From Alphaproteobacteria bacterium (GTDB lineage: Bacteria; Pseudomonadota; Alphaproteobacteria; CALKHQ01): 64,000 nt of DNA. Under the pieces are notes generated by a model, which saw only the letters and a program-made list of their open reading frames with translations, was not told the origin of the DNA and searched no databases. This document shows, piece after piece, positions 48,146 through 57,776 of this stretch (its first letter is position 1; each line of letters opens with the position of its first letter). The stretch is from the NCBI GenBank assembly GCA_965227515.1, contig CBDDFZ010000001.1, positions 416,001 to 480,000 on the forward strand, read 5' to 3'. A program made the translations under genes and the position numbers.

Positions 48146-48195
48146 TTCGTAACAGGGACATTCGTAACAGGGGGGATAACCGTGGGGGGATAACC
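48146..48195. repeat. Paired short direct repeats upstream of the 48213 gene
   Basis: TTCGTAACAGGG at 48146 and 48161; GGGGGGATAACC at 48170 and 48184. Confidence 0.75.
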
Positions 48196-48212
48196 AACGG
48201 GAGTCCGGACCT

Positions 48213-48890
48213 ATGAATTTCGACGGAAACGGCGTCATCGACTGGGATGCCTCCAAACATAACACCCTGATTGCCGCACCTTTCGACGACGAAGGCACGC
48301 TCGAGTTTGAAATGGACGGCTACCGGGACAAGTGCTTCGTCTTCCAGTCCGGCGAGACCAAAGCGGACAAGGCGGTTGTCGGCAGCATGGGTGTGTTCGA
48401 GGTGGACGACGCCACACTCGCCACGCTGACCAATGACATCATCATCCTCGGCCACGGCGACTACCTGGACAGAATTGCCAACGGCGATGACGAGGAGCTC
48501 TCCGCCAACGACATGGCCAAGTGGCTGCAGGACAACGGACTGCCACTGGCCTATGGCGGACGCATCTGGATGTGGAGCTGCCATGGCGGCGTGCCCGGCG
48601 GCTTTGCGCAGGCCGTCTTCATGCGCCTGTACAATCTGGGCTACCACAATATCAGCGTGTCCGGCCCGCGCTACATCACCGGCCCGATCCCGAGCGTGAT
48701 CCCCGGTGTGCAGTCGGTGCCCACCGGCCACACGGATGTCGGCGCGACATTCACGACCGATTACGCACTGATGTCGGGTCCATCGGGCGGGCCAAAGACA
48801 CCGTGGGTGCCCGGCACGGCAGCAGCCTACGCAAACATGCGCGTCGGCCAGCGGCACGACTTCCTGCACTACGGCCGGGAGCTGCAGTAG
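48213..48890 (+). CDS. Hypothetical protein, possible clan CD (C80/caspase-like) cysteine peptidase
   Basis: IIILGHG ... LSANDMAKWL ... IWMWSCHGG ... FAQ ... ISVSG pattern. RBS GGGAG. Confidence 0.55.
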   Translation: MNFDGNGVIDWDASKHNTLIAAPFDDEGTLEFEMDGYRDKCFVFQSGETKADKAVVGSMGVFEVDDATLATLTNDIIILGHGDYLDRIANGDDEELSANDMAKWLQDNGLPLAYGGRIWMWSCHGGVPGGFAQAVFMRLYNLGYHNISVSGPRYITGPIPSVIPGVQSVPTGHTDVGATFTTDYALMSGPSGGPKTPWVPGTAAAYANMRVGQRHDFLHYGRELQ

Positions 48891-48945
48891 CTCAGGACCG
48901 GCTAACGCTGAAGTCTGCGCCGGCCCAGCACAGGCCATACTCGGC

Positions 48946-50181
48946 CTAGACCACCTGCAGGGTCCGCTCGACCACCCAGTACGCCGCGACCGTCGCCACG
49001 CCGGCGAGCGTAGCGTGGCGGGCAAAGACAAGCGCCTTGGCGGACATCTGCGCGATCGCCCAGGTCACGGCGATGGTCGCCGCCAGGATCGCCATCTGCC
49101 CGATCTCGACGCCGGCATTGAACGCGGCGAGCGCCGAAACCAGATCCGGTGCATCCTCGCCCAGGATATCGCCGAGAACGAACGAAAAGCCGAGCCCGTG
49201 CAGCAGGCCGATGCCGGCCATGATCCAGGTCGGTCCCAGCCGGTGCCGCCATGCCGTGATGCTCGCGTAGAGCACGGTTGCAGCAATCGCGGTCTCCACC
49301 GCCGAAATGAACCAGGGCCATGTCGGCGTCGCCCCCAGCACCGTTGCCACCAGAGTGACCGAGTGGCCCAGGGTGAAGGCGGTGACGACCCAAATCAGGC
49401 GCTGGACCAGACCGATCGCCAGGGCGAAGCACACCACCAGCAGCACGTGGTCGAGACCGACGAGGATGTGGATGACACCCTGCCAGGTGAACGCCAGCAC
49501 CGTGCGCAGCCAGGACCCATCGATCAGCACTGGATTGAGCAACTGTCCCGCGCTGGTCAGCGACCGCGGCGGGTCCTGCCGACCGTCGACCAGATGGTTG
49601 TCGATGTCGACGCCGGCCACCAGCGGGAGCTCCGGCAGTCCGGAACGGACCGCAATCGATCCGGCGGCCAACGGTGCATCCAGCGCCAGTACGTATTCGA
49701 CGACCGCCTCGCCGAATACCGGGTCCTGTGCCGCGCCCGGCTGCGCCAGGGACTCGGCCGCGCCCGGTACGGTGGCGAACAGCGTATCGGGCACGGATGC
49801 GGCCACGCGCCATTCGCGCAGCTTAGCAGTGACCTGGCGTCCGTTCTGCGTCCAGACCAGGCTGTCGGCCAGGCGGTCTGCCCAGGCGGCATCGAACTCC
49901 TCGACCGCGGCGAGCGAGATACGGAACCGTACGGCGCCAGTGACAGATTCGGCGTACAGAAATGGGGTCTGTATGCCGCCACTGGCTTGCGCCGACGTGA
50001 TGACATCGGAAAACAACAGCGGCGCCGGCGCGCGCACATAGGCAACGAGCTCGCCATCGCTCTCGGCGACGACGATGGTGCGTATCTTGGTACCGGCGCT
50101 GAAGTGTGCCGCGGCCGAGCCAGACGCTGCGGCGAACAGGATGGCGGCCAGCAACGCACGCCAGGTGTTTATTGGAGACAT
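48946..50181 (-). CDS. HupE/UreJ family protein with a large periplasmic N-domain
   Basis: Signal AAAH, GVIHIL.GLDHVL, TAFTLGHSVTL, GLLHGLGF, FNAGVEIGQ. Confidence 0.88.
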   Translation of the reverse strand: MSPINTWRALLAAILFAAASGSAAAHFSAGTKIRTIVVAESDGELVAYVRAPAPLLFSDVITSAQASGGIQTPFLYAESVTGAVRFRISLAAVEEFDAAWADRLADSLVWTQNGRQVTAKLREWRVAASVPDTLFATVPGAAESLAQPGAAQDPVFGEAVVEYVLALDAPLAAGSIAVRSGLPELPLVAGVDIDNHLVDGRQDPPRSLTSAGQLLNPVLIDGSWLRTVLAFTWQGVIHILVGLDHVLLVVCFALAIGLVQRLIWVVTAFTLGHSVTLVATVLGATPTWPWFISAVETAIAATVLYASITAWRHRLGPTWIMAGIGLLHGLGFSFVLGDILGEDAPDLVSALAAFNAGVEIGQMAILAATIAVTWAIAQMSAKALVFARHATLAGVATVAAYWVVERTLQVV

Positions 50182-50250
50182 GACGCGGCGCGACCGGTGC
50201 CGCGACGTGGCGGAAGTGCAAAAACACTGCCGCCACGCCGCCGAAACGCA

Positions 50251-51174
50251 TCAGTCCGTCAATGCCGGATACGGCAGGTCACGGTCGGTGACGCGGCCGA
50301 ACCCGTCGATCACCACGGTGTCGGGATACACCTCGACGATGGCGTAGGCGGTTTCCGTCGCGGTCTCCACCATGCCCTCGACCGTCACATAGTGAATGCC
50401 GTCCGACACGCCATAGTGGCCAGCATGATTGTGGCCGTTCAGATAGGCCATGACGTTGTCATATTGACCGAGCAAGGCAACGACGTCCTCATAGTTCCAG
50501 AGGTTGTGGATGTCCTCCGGCGCCAGCGGGTAGTGGCCCATCACGATGACCTTCTCGCCGGCCGCCTGCGCGGCTTCGAGCTGGCCTTGCAGCCACGACA
50601 TCTGCTCGTCGGAAAGGCCGCCATTCCAGGTCTGCGCGTTCACCTTCTCCGCGGCGACCACGGCATCGTACATGGCCACCGAGGCCTCGTGCCGCGGCGT
50701 GCCTTCCGGGTTGGCGAACAGGCTGAGATCGTTGCCGTCGATGACGATGAAGCGCACGCCGTTCTCGACGAACTCGTAGTAGCGGTCCTCCATGCCGAGG
50801 TAACTGGGCACGGTGCTCACATAGTCTGAAGCGACCGAGTATTCGTGGTTGCCGAGGACGAACCAGTTCTCGGTCTCAACGTTCTCATAGATCGGCAGGA
50901 TGTGGGTGTAGGCATCCACGTGCCGGTCGATGATGTCGCCAAGGGTGACGACGAACGCGAGGTCCTCTTGATTGAGCGCGTCCACAGCCTCCGAAAGCTT
51001 CCACAGGCTGTTTGCGTAGTAGCGCGTGCCGCGCGGCGGCGCCGGGGCGTACTGGGGGTCGGCGATCACGCCAAAACGCACCAGCGGCACGTCTTGGGCG
51101 GCGGCCGGAACCGAAAGGGCAACGACTGACATCGCCAGTGCTCCCAACGATGCAAATAAGGTGGTCTCATGCAT
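50251..51174 (-). CDS. Exported metallophosphoesterase (Mn-dependent ADP-ribose/CDP-alcohol diphosphatase-like)
   Basis: Signal peptide (AAA-Q), IADPQY, LGDIID, GNHE, MGHYP, GHNH. Confidence 0.85.
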   Translation of the reverse strand: MHETTLFASLGALAMSVVALSVPAAAQDVPLVRFGVIADPQYAPAPPRGTRYYANSLWKLSEAVDALNQEDLAFVVTLGDIIDRHVDAYTHILPIYENVETENWFVLGNHEYSVASDYVSTVPSYLGMEDRYYEFVENGVRFIVIDGNDLSLFANPEGTPRHEASVAMYDAVVAAEKVNAQTWNGGLSDEQMSWLQGQLEAAQAAGEKVIVMGHYPLAPEDIHNLWNYEDVVALLGQYDNVMAYLNGHNHAGHYGVSDGIHYVTVEGMVETATETAYAIVEVYPDTVVIDGFGRVTDRDLPYPALTD

Positions 51175-51348
51175 GGCACTCATTCCCATCCAGGTTTGTC
51201 GAGATGGAAATGTAGGTCGCGACCGATGATGGCTGTGTGACCCGCCGGCGAACCTTTCGTTAACTATAATTGCTGGCACGCGGCCGGGGATTCGTCGCGC
51301 ACGGACAGGCTGCGGACTGCAGATAGGTCAGGATCAGCTTGCGCTGAT

Positions 51349-53874
51349 CTAAGTCGCCAGCTTCGAGATGAGACTGCCGCGCCCGCGCGGCATGGAGACG
51401 ACGCCGGCGGCAAGCCCTGCCGCGACCGCCGCGACCACGCCGAGCAGCACCGGCAGCAGCGCGCTTTGCCAGGTGACGACACCTGCGACCCGGAGCGCGC
51501 GTTCGGCCAGCCAGTCGCCGCCATAGAGCCCGGCCGCGCCGCCGAGGGCCGCCGCCAGCACACCGATCGCCGCCACCTCGCCCAGCCGGGCAACCGCGAT
51601 CCTGAGCCGCGACGCGCCGACCAGCGCATAGGCCAGCCCCTCGCGCGCCCGGGCGTCGGCGTCGGCGGCGATGACGGCGGCAAGCGCGATGCCGCCGGCC
51701 GCCAGCAGCGCCATCGCCACGGCGAAGGCCGCCGTCGCGGTGCCGCCGACCAGCTCCTCGAGCTGGCGCAGCAGGGTGCGCACGTCGATGACGGTGACGT
51801 TGGCGAAGGCGTCGTTGACGCGTTCGATCAGGCTGTCGATGGCCGCGTCCGACCCCTCGATCTGCGCGTGCCAGGTATGCGGCGCGGTCATCAGCGGCTG
51901 CGGCGAGGCGACGATGATGAAGTTGGAGCCCAGCGCCTGCCAGCGCACGTTGCGCACATTGGCGACCTCTCCGGTCAGCTCGCGGCCGAGCACGGCGAAG
52001 GTCACCTGGTCGCCGGGCCCGATGGCGAACGCCTCCGCCACGTCGTCGGAGATCGACAGCAGCATCGGGCCGTCATAGTCCTCCTCCCACCAATAGCCGC
52101 CGCTCCACACCCCACCGGGCAGCGGCTCGGCGGTCCAGCTCACGCCGTGGTCGCCGGTGATGACCCAGCGCTCGGAGAAGTCCACCAGCGCCTCGCGGGC
52201 CGGCACGCCGTTCACCTGGGTGATGGCGCCGCGCAGATTGGCCTGCAGGTCGACATCGGTCAGGCCGTCGGTTTCGGCGAGCATGTCGTTGAGCACCAGC
52301 CGCTGCTCGGGCTGTACGTCGACCAGGATCAGACCGGGCAGGCGGCGCGGCAGGTCGCTCTGCAGCCGGGCGTCCAGCGCGGCGCTGACCGCGTCGACGG
52401 CGACGATGGCGGCGATGCCGATGCCGATGGCGACGGTCTTGGCGGCGGCGGCCTGCGGGTCGGCGAGCGCGCGCATGGCGGCTGCCAGCACGAAGCCGCG
52501 CGGCCGGAGCCAGCCCGCGACCAGCGCCACGACGCGGCCGAGAATCCAGAGCGCGACGGCGAACGCGGCCAGCCCGGCGGCGGCGATGCCGCCGATGCGC
52601 GGGTCGGGCAGGCGCAGCACCGAAAGCGCCATCGCGCCCACGATAAGCAGCAGGCCGACGATGACCAGCCACCCGGCGCGCGCGGCGGGCGGCTCGCCAC
52701 CGCGCATGGCAGCACCCGCCGGCACCCGCGCGGCGGCGGAGATCGCCGGCACCGCGGCCCCCAGCACGCCCAGCAGCATCACGCCAAGCGCCGCAGCGCC
52801 AACCGTCGGCAGCAGCTCGAACACCCCCGTCACCGGCAGCGCCAGCGCCAGGAAGTCGAGGATCAGCCAGGCCGGAATCGCAGCCAGCACCAGGCCGATC
52901 AAGGTCGCCACCAGCGCCGCCGCCATCAGGATCACGCCATGCAGGGCCGCCACCGTGCCACGATTGGCGCCCGACAACCGGTAGAGCGAGATGGTGCGGC
53001 CGCGCTTGCGCACCCAGGCGCCCGATGCGGCCCACGCACCCGATATCGCCACCGCCATCGCGGCGACGCCGGCAATGCCCATGAACGTGGTCGTACGCTC
53101 CACACCCTGGCGTACGCGGTTGGAGACGTTGGCCGGCGTGCGTACGCGCCAGCCGGTGGAGGGTTCCAGCTTGCGGATCTCGAACATGCTGGCGGCGACG
53201 TTCGCGCCCTCGGGAAACGCCACCCGGTAGCGGAAGTCGACAAGCGAGCCGAACGTGACGAGATGTGCCGCCTCCAGCGCGTCGTCCGAGATCAACAGTC
53301 GCGGGCCGACCATGAACGCTCCGACGCCCAGGCGGTCCGGCTCCGCGGTCAGCACGCCGCGCAGCTCGACAACGATGTCGCCGAGCACCACCATGTCACC
53401 GACATTGGCATCCAGCCGGTCGAACAGCGTCTGCTCGCCGACCGCGCCGTACGTGCCATCTCGCGCGGCCAGCAGGTCCTGGATGTCGCCCTGGGGCGCA
53501 CGTACGGTGCCATAGAGCGGATAGAGTTCGTCCACGCCGCGCAACTCGACCGGGGCGTTGCGGTCGTCCAGCCGCACGGTGGAGCGCATGTCGGCCACCA
53601 CGGACACCTGGCCCAGGGCTTCCATCGCGGCGAGGGTGCCGGGGTCGAGGCGCACCGTCGGCACCTCCAGTTCGACGTCGCCGCCGACGATCGCGCGGCC
53701 GTTGCGCTCGAAGGCGTCGCCGGCGCCACCGCCGATCATCCACACCAGCGCCAGCATGGCGGTGCCCAGCGCCACCGCGGCGATGAAGAGCTTCAGCCCG
53801 GCGAGGCCGGCGCCCAGCTCGGCACGGACAAGCCGTCCGAGGATGGAGAAGCGGGAGTGCCGGGTGCCGCTCAT
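51349..53874 (-). CDS. FtsX-like ABC transporter permease (YbbP-type)
   Basis: Duplicated FtsX architecture; GVDELYPLYG, EPDR, GPRL, IGPGDQVTF...RELTG. Confidence 0.85.
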   Translation of the reverse strand: MSGTRHSRFSILGRLVRAELGAGLAGLKLFIAAVALGTAMLALVWMIGGGAGDAFERNGRAIVGGDVELEVPTVRLDPGTLAAMEALGQVSVVADMRSTVRLDDRNAPVELRGVDELYPLYGTVRAPQGDIQDLLAARDGTYGAVGEQTLFDRLDANVGDMVVLGDIVVELRGVLTAEPDRLGVGAFMVGPRLLISDDALEAAHLVTFGSLVDFRYRVAFPEGANVAASMFEIRKLEPSTGWRVRTPANVSNRVRQGVERTTTFMGIAGVAAMAVAISGAWAASGAWVRKRGRTISLYRLSGANRGTVAALHGVILMAAALVATLIGLVLAAIPAWLILDFLALALPVTGVFELLPTVGAAALGVMLLGVLGAAVPAISAAARVPAGAAMRGGEPPAARAGWLVIVGLLLIVGAMALSVLRLPDPRIGGIAAAGLAAFAVALWILGRVVALVAGWLRPRGFVLAAAMRALADPQAAAAKTVAIGIGIAAIVAVDAVSAALDARLQSDLPRRLPGLILVDVQPEQRLVLNDMLAETDGLTDVDLQANLRGAITQVNGVPAREALVDFSERWVITGDHGVSWTAEPLPGGVWSGGYWWEEDYDGPMLLSISDDVAEAFAIGPGDQVTFAVLGRELTGEVANVRNVRWQALGSNFIIVASPQPLMTAPHTWHAQIEGSDAAIDSLIERVNDAFANVTVIDVRTLLRQLEELVGGTATAAFAVAMALLAAGGIALAAVIAADADARAREGLAYALVGASRLRIAVARLGEVAAIGVLAAALGGAAGLYGGDWLAERALRVAGVVTWQSALLPVLLGVVAAVAAGLAAGVVSMPRGRGSLISKLAT

Positions 53875-53894
53875 GAAATTGCCATGCCCACCAT

Positions 53895-53981
53895 CGTCAT
53901 GCGCGGACTTGATCCGCGCATCCACGACTTGGCATCGACCGCCGAAAGACGTGGATACCCGCAACACGTGCGGGCATGACG
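53895..53981. repeat. REP-like palindrome (GTCATG...CATGAC type)
   Basis: CGTCATGCGCGGACTTGATCCGCGCATCCACG...CGTGGATACCCGCAACACGTGCGGGCATGACG with nested hairpins. Confidence 0.85.
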
Positions 53982-54003
53982 ATCTTCTCTTGATTCAAGC
54001 CGC

Positions 54004-54723
54004 TCAGCCATCAGGGACCAACCGGCCGTCTTCCAGGCCGATGGTGCGGTCGCAACGCTCGGCCAGCGCCGGGTCGTGGGTGACCAGCAGCAGGGCGGCG
54101 TTCATCTCGCGCGCCATCTCGAACATCAGGTCGATGATCTTGGCGCCGGTGCGCTGGTCGAGGTTGCCGGTGGGTTCGTCGGCCAGGATCAGCTTCGGGC
54201 GTGCGACGAAGGCGCGCGCGATGGCGACGCGCTGCTGCTCGCCGCCGGAAAGCGCCGAGGGGCGGTGGGTCAGCCGGTGGCCGAGGCCGACCGCCTCCAG
54301 GATCGCCCTCGCCTTCTTGCGCGCCCCGCCGACACCGGCCAGGGTCAGCGGCAGGGCGGCATTCTCCAGCGCGGTCATCGCCGGCACCAGATGATAGGCC
54401 TGGAAGACGATGCCCATGGAGACGCGGCGCATGCGGGTGCGCTCGGCCTCGGAGGCACTGGCGAGATCGGTGCCGGCAACCAGCACCTTGCCCTCGTTGG
54501 GCGTCTCCAGCCCGCCGATCACCGCGATCAGCGACGACTTGCCGGAGCCGGACGGCCCCATGACAGCGATGATCTCGCCGGCCGCGACATCGAGGTCGAT
54601 GCCGCGCAGCACCTCCACCGGCCCGGCCGGAGTCGGATAGGCGAGCTGCACGCCGCCAAGCTCCACCACGGGCGCCGATACCTGAGCGGAACCTTGGGCA
54701 ATCGCGTCTTCGGTGGTCAGCAA
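54004..54723 (-). CDS. ABC transporter ATP-binding protein (YbbA/LolD-like); start approximate
   Basis: GPSGSGKS, VFQAYHL, LSGGEQQR, ADEPTGNLD, VTHD. Confidence 0.92.
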   Translation of the reverse strand: MLTTEDAIAQGSAQVSAPVVELGGVQLAYPTPAGPVEVLRGIDLDVAAGEIIAVMGPSGSGKSSLIAVIGGLETPNEGKVLVAGTDLASASEAERTRMRRVSMGIVFQAYHLVPAMTALENAALPLTLAGVGGARKKARAILEAVGLGHRLTHRPSALSGGEQQRVAIARAFVARPKLILADEPTGNLDQRTGAKIIDLMFEMAREMNAALLLVTHDPALAERCDRTIGLEDGRLVPDG

Positions 54724-54897
54724 GTGCGGACATCCTGTCGGAGAAGCATTTGATGAACCTAGGCATGACGGCAGTGGGCGGCCAGCACCGTCGCGATCAC
54801 GACGCGGTGAATGGCGCTTTGGACGAGGATTGTCGGGTGTTCTGTATTGTGCCAACCTCAGCGCGATAGTTAGCAGCGATATTAGTCGGGTAACTTC

Positions 54898-57771
54898 ATG
54901 GGCATCTCATTCGACCCCGCCACACCGGGCAAGGACTTCAGCGAGGTGCACGGCAAGATTGTGGATGCGCTGGTCAGCGCAGCAACCGCCGAATACATCG
55001 GGGTGCTGCGCAACCTCTACGATGTCGTCACGTCGATCCGCCAGAAGGCCCGCACCCAGGAACAGGCGGCGTGGTTGCTGTGGTGCGAAGCGGTAGCCTA
55101 TGCGCTGGCCGACTTCTTCGATTCCGCCCACCTCCACCGCCAGCCGGAGAAGGACGAGCTGACCGACCTGGTGGCCGAGGTGCTGGGCCAGTCGGCCACG
55201 CACTGCGCAGGTGCGGAACTGACCAACGCCACGCTGGCGGACCCGACCGATCTGGCGATGTACCGTGCGCTGCGCGAGGACTGGCCAACGCGCGTCAGCC
55301 AGGTCGCGCCTGACCATGGCAAGGACCCCGAGGCGTTGCGGCGCCTGCTCGACCGCTGTTTCGCGCGCCGGTTCGTGGATGCGCGGGTGCGTGGCCGTGA
55401 CCAGTACACCGCCATCGAGGCCAGTCTGGGCGGCAACATCGCCGCCGACATGCAGCGCTTCGACGAATGGCAGCGCTATTACGACTTCCTGCGCTGGCAG
55501 GTGGAGGAAAAGCCTCTATTCGGCCAGGACGAGGGCGGCGCCGCGCTGGCGCGCATGTTCGTGCCGCTGCGCTGCCACTGGATAGAAGACGAGGACGACG
55601 GAGAGGCCGCCTCACAATTCAGCAGCGAGTATCCGACACTCGCCGTCATCGCCATGCTCAATGACACACTGGAAGCCTGGCTTGACGAAAACGATACGGA
55701 AGACCTGCTGCGCATCGTCACCGGAGGCCCCGGCAGCGGCAAATCCAGCTCGGCGCAGATGTTGGCTCACCGGGTGGCCGCCGCTGGCCGGTGCAACGTA
55801 CTGCTGGTGCAATTGCAGGGCATGGATATCACCGCGCCCATCGACGGCATCGTCGACCAATACATTGGACTGGCGCGCGCCGGGCAGGCTGCTCCCCATC
55901 ACAATCCCATCGAAACCCTCGACCACGACCACTTGCCATTGCTGCTGATCTTCGACGGGCTAGACGAGGCAGCGCCCCCGGACCGGACAGGCGACGACGT
56001 CGCCAGGACGTTCATCGCCAATCTGCGCCAAAGGTTGCGCGCGGCCCACCTGATGGCACGGGCGGTACGCCTGCGTGCGTTGGTGCTTGGGCGCACAACA
56101 GCAGCGGACAATGCGATAGATTCGATTGCGTTACCCGGACACGCGCTGTTGCGCGCCGCACCTCTGTGTCCGCTGAACGAAGACCGGCTGAATCTGAGCG
56201 GCACGGTGGAGCTTGGTTTCGCCGACAACGCCCCCGACGAAATCGAGCTGGTCGATCAGCGCAACCAGTTCTGGGCGAACTATGTCGCGGTCAGCCCGGA
56301 CTGCCCGCCCAAGCCACCCGAGGGGCTGTTCGGCGCGACACTGGATGACCTGACGATTGAGCCGCTGCTGCTCTACCTGCTGATGTATTCCGGCTATATC
56401 GCCAAGAACTGGCCCAAAGCGTTGGAGAACCGCAACCGGGTCTACGAAGAGATCTTCCGCAAGGTCCACCAACGCGACGTGCACGAAAAGAGGCTCCATA
56501 TCAAAGATGAGCTGAAGTCGGAGGGCGATTTCTTCACACTGATGGAATGCCTTGGGCTCGCAGCGTGGCGCGGTGGCGGGCGCACCGGCAGCAACCAGCA
56601 GTTCGAATTGTTGCGCGACAAGATCTATGCCCGTGAATATGAGACGAGGTTTGCGAACATCGACAACGCCGACATCGACAATGTCGCGCTGCAATTCTAC
56701 ACGCAGCGCCCAGGCGGCGATCAACCGGGCTATGCCTTCATCCACAAGTCTTTCGGCGAGTACCTGACCGCACGGGCACTGATCAATGCCGCGGAGAAAT
56801 GGACGCACCAGCACGCCGGTCACCCCGACCGCATCGCTGCCGACTGGCTGCAGCTGACCGGGCCGCAAGAGATCACGGCCGACATCCGTCATTTCATGGA
56901 CGACGAAGCCCGCCTGCGGTCCGGGGTCGACGACCCGCAGAAGGTCGCGCGAGAACGGATCGACGAACTTATCCCCGTCGTCAACCACACCTTGCGTGAC
57001 GGCTTTCCTGCTCACGTCGACCTCGAAACTGGCCGAGACAGCAGCGACGTGACGTGGCGGCAGCGCGAATCCATGCAAGCCAGTGCCGAACGCGCTCTGT
57101 ATTTCGTCATTGGTTCATGGAGTGCCGTCGCTTTCCCAACGGACACGGGTACCATGCAGAACGGCGGAGGCTTCCCAGCAGGAGCTATTGCCATCGAATG
57201 GCCGGACGACAACGCCGCCAATTCTCTTATAGATCGCGCACTGAATGACGGCCAAGGTAGAATGAATCTCAGGGCCTTGAACTTTAAGGGCTCTGAACTT
57301 AGCTTTGCGTTACTTGTTGGTGCTGACTTAAGCTATGCCTCTTGCAGAGACCTGCACTTGGTTGCCGCCAATATGACAAATGCGATTGCAAGATTCTCAG
57401 ATTTCTCTAACGCACTACTTATTGGCTCTAGCTGCTCAAGTGTCGATCTATCTGGCGCAAACTTGACCGGTGCAATATTTGATCGGTCGGATTTGATGCA
57501 GGCGAAGCTGAATAACGCAAGACTGGAACGAACCCGCTTCATTCGTGCAAACTTGGCCAAGGCAAGCCTTGAGGGTGCTGATATTACTGGAGCGGACTTA
57601 CGAGGCGCCAACTTGTCTCACGCCAAGGGCCTCACCAAGTCGCAACTCGATCAAGCCGTCGGCAGTGAGGACACCATCCTGCCCGAGGGCCTGACCCGGC
57701 CGGCGCATTGGTTACCGCAGCCGACAGAGCAAGGCGAAGACCGTCCTGAACCGCACGACTACGAAGTGTAA
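54898..57771 (+). CDS. NACHT (STAND) NTPase with C-terminal pentapeptide repeats
   Basis: Walker A GGPGSGKS, Walker B LLIFDGLDE, PLLL, FIHKSFGEYL; A(D/N)Lxx pentapeptide repeats near the C-terminus. Confidence 0.88.
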   Translation: MGISFDPATPGKDFSEVHGKIVDALVSAATAEYIGVLRNLYDVVTSIRQKARTQEQAAWLLWCEAVAYALADFFDSAHLHRQPEKDELTDLVAEVLGQSATHCAGAELTNATLADPTDLAMYRALREDWPTRVSQVAPDHGKDPEALRRLLDRCFARRFVDARVRGRDQYTAIEASLGGNIAADMQRFDEWQRYYDFLRWQVEEKPLFGQDEGGAALARMFVPLRCHWIEDEDDGEAASQFSSEYPTLAVIAMLNDTLEAWLDENDTEDLLRIVTGGPGSGKSSSAQMLAHRVAAAGRCNVLLVQLQGMDITAPIDGIVDQYIGLARAGQAAPHHNPIETLDHDHLPLLLIFDGLDEAAPPDRTGDDVARTFIANLRQRLRAAHLMARAVRLRALVLGRTTAADNAIDSIALPGHALLRAAPLCPLNEDRLNLSGTVELGFADNAPDEIELVDQRNQFWANYVAVSPDCPPKPPEGLFGATLDDLTIEPLLLYLLMYSGYIAKNWPKALENRNRVYEEIFRKVHQRDVHEKRLHIKDELKSEGDFFTLMECLGLAAWRGGGRTGSNQQFELLRDKIYAREYETRFANIDNADIDNVALQFYTQRPGGDQPGYAFIHKSFGEYLTARALINAAEKWTHQHAGHPDRIAADWLQLTGPQEITADIRHFMDDEARLRSGVDDPQKVARERIDELIPVVNHTLRDGFPAHVDLETGRDSSDVTWRQRESMQASAERALYFVIGSWSAVAFPTDTGTMQNGGGFPAGAIAIEWPDDNAANSLIDRALNDGQGRMNLRALNFKGSELSFALLVGADLSYASCRDLHLVAANMTNAIARFSDFSNALLIGSSCSSVDLSGANLTGAIFDRSDLMQAKLNNARLERTRFIRANLAKASLEGADITGADLRGANLSHAKGLTKSQLDQAVGSEDTILPEGLTRPAHWLPQPTEQGEDRPEPHDYEV

Positions 57772-57776
57772 CGGCG

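Noticed and set aside
57225-57620. Low-GC pentapeptide block as a diversity-generating retroelement variable region
   Set aside because: No reverse transcriptase or template repeat is in the window, and the fold is not C-type lectin or Ig-like.
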